A stretch of 64,000 bases of DNA, from contig JADIIX010000020.1 in assembly GCA_027604505.1 (NCBI GenBank), positions 62,001 through 126,000 of the forward strand, in the 5' to 3' direction. Both the position numbers and the translations under genes were made by a program. The notes beneath the pieces are model-generated. The model had not been told where the DNA came from. It was given only the letters and a program-made list of their open reading frames with translations, and searched no databases. The DNA is from Gonapodya sp. JEL0774. Lineage: Eukaryota. Positions 61,825 through 64,000 of the stretch are shown here, piece by piece. Every line of letters starts with the position of its first letter. The first letter of the stretch is position 1.

Positions 61825-63565
61825 ATGCATTATCGAACAGTCACTACATGTTTCGCTATTGCTCTGACGTTGCTGGGTGCGCTTGTTCTTGCCGGCAAGG
61901 ACTACTATATGGTTCTGGGGGTACCTCGCGACGCTCATAACAGACAGATCCGGAAAGCGTACAAGGAGCTTTCGAGAAAATGGTGAGTCACATTTCAGCG
62001 TGGTAACGTTGATCACCCAGATTAATCAAGCTCACACGAATCGCTTTGTCTGTGATTCCGCTGTGGATGGAATTCAACTGACAGGCATCCTGACAAGAAT
62101 CCCGAGAAGAAAGACGAAGCGCAGACGAAATTTGTGGAAATCTCGGAAGGTACTTCTCACGAAGTGGCTTTTGAATGTCGGTGTGGTCAATTTAGCTGTC
62201 CACTTGATTCCTATATAGCATATGAAGTGCTGTCAGATGAGGAAAAGCGAAGAATCTACGACCAGTACGGGGAAGAAGGACTTAAGCAAACACAAGGAGG
62301 AGGACAACATCATAACCCGTTTGATGTGTTTTCTCAGTGCGTTGTGGAACCGCATTGGGTATGGGTTTAGCGGATGTGTGCTTATCTTCAAATTTCCAAA
62401 CCTTGCACAATGCAGATTTTTCGGTGGAAGTTTTGGCGGTTTGTCTCTTTTCGTTTGTATTCTGTTAGGCTGCCGAATTGAAGGTGATTCGTACCAATCC
62501 TTCGAAGGCCACCAACAGAGACAAGAGCGTAAGGGCCCGGAAATCAATATGGACTTGGAGGTCACTTTAGAGGATCTCTTTATCGGTCGGGACATAGACG
62601 TAGGTCCAAGAACTTCGGCGATTTAAACCTCTAATTGTGATGTATCAAGAATCCTCGCACTTGATAGGTAGAGTTAAGTAAGCAGGTACTTTGTCCCAAG
62701 TGCCGTGGGACCGGTGGAAAGAACCCCGACGATGTAACTACCTGTTCAAGCTGCAATGGACATGGTATTCGAGTTGTGAGGCAGCAGCTGGGCCCGGGAA
62801 TGTTTCAGCAAATGCAAACAACGTGAGCAACAGTGGCAATGGAACTTTTCCTTCGAGTGTTCCAACGATATCTGAGAGCTTGTTAACGCTTCCACCTTGG
62901 CAGCTGCGACGTGTGTGGCGGCAAAGGAAAGGTTGTCAAGACAAAATGCCCCCACTGCCACGGCAAAAAGGTCAAGCGAAGATCCAACCAGATATCTATT
63001 GCTGTGGAGCGGGGTATGACAGACGGACAGAAGATAGTGTTTGAGCGGGAAGGCGACCAAGCTCCGGATGTCACCCCGGGCGATGTGGTGTTTACCTTGA
63101 AAACAGCACAACACCCTGTCTTCACTCGAGTGGGGGATAACCTGTACACTCAAGAGACAATAACACTCGAAGAAGCCCTTCTTGGATTCAGGAAGCAGCT
63201 GAAGCACCTGGATGGAGAGTACGTGGTGATTGAGCGGAATGGGACAGTAACACAGCCTGGTGAGCTCCGTGGTTTGTGTGATGTAGTTGTTGGACTATTT
63301 CGCCTGATTAGCCATTGCCATCGATACAGGATATGTTCAAGAACTGCTAGGAGAAGGGATGCCCCTGCATACTTTCCCTAGCGAACGGGGCAAGCTATAC
63401 GTGGAGTACAGTGTCGTCCTCCCAACCAAAATCTCTGCAAAGCAAGCTGAAAGTGAGCGGATTTTTGTCCATGTCCTAGATTTGTCTGTAATATGTTCTG
63501 TTCTCTCGCCCCTCAACTCAGCGATATCACATATGTTTGGTAAATTGAGTAAAGATGAATTGTAG
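61825..63565 (+). CDS. SCJ1: ER-luminal class A J-protein (Scj1/ERdj3-like)
   Basis: Signal peptide, [25 protein letters not shown], CxxCxGxG repeats, PGDVVF, EALLGF, GMP, and C-terminal KDEL. Confidence 0.88.
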
Positions 63566-64000
63566 AGTTCAAATAAATCTATGTAGACTACTCCTCATCA
63601 GTTGCTCTACTTTGCCTTACTTATCAGAGTGCACTGAGAAGCTGTCGAATGATAGTTGGAACACTGCGAGGACAAAAGAAGAGACGGTGAGGATTGGTCA
63701 CACATGTCCACTTCTGGGGTTTGGACGAACGACCTCCATCCCAACAACAAAATCAGCAGCAGGACGGGTCTGTTGAACGAAACTAGGCGAGATCACCGTC
63801 GCAAGATTGAGCAGTGCAGACATGGCAGGAACATGTTCTACTCAAGTCCGTAAAATATGCATATCAATCGTACAGTTCTATCGTGTAGGATTAACCTTCC
63901 TGCCTATGCGATCACCAACCCCTCTTCGCCATTTTTTGATCCTCCGGCAGAATGTCACAGTTAATTCCAACCATTGGCTCACCTACGAGAACAGGATACA

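Overview
Gene-dense, intron-rich eukaryotic DNA. Gene content (Rap1, Erg26-like, Scj1, CUE-AlkB-GRF, plus WDR62/MAPKBP1, RCC2, RMC1 and a possible TMEM237) suggests an early-diverging, probably zoosporic fungus (inference). About 20 genes can be pieced together by hand from spliced ORF fragments: a frameshifted nitrate reductase pseudogene, RMC1, an OAS-like protein, a possible TMEM237, WDR62-like, RCC2, NDUFB7, RAP1, MSH6, an AlkB dioxygenase, an SDR, a GT32-like protein, RRP7, ERG26-like, a Siz/PIAS-like SUMO ligase, FMN1, POLD3, a LYR/Cbp6-like protein, a Lys/Arg/Ser-rich protein and SCJ1. A ~6 kb CpG-depleted decayed island lies at ~14.3-20.2 kb. The strongest novelty candidate is a gene at ~6.9-10.7 kb that fuses an RS-rich region, a dsRNA-binding domain, a 2'-5' oligoadenylate synthetase-type nucleotidyltransferase with a degenerate catalytic triad, and an unrecognised C-terminal domain; it may be a fungal dsRNA sensor. 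Other notable signals: an RPA32C-binding-type helix at the MSH6 N-terminus, a two-Myb Rap1 with telomeric repeat next to its own start codon, and a C-rich/G-rich strand oscillation in phase with splice sites. All gene models, family calls and exon boundaries are manual motif recognition without database searches.
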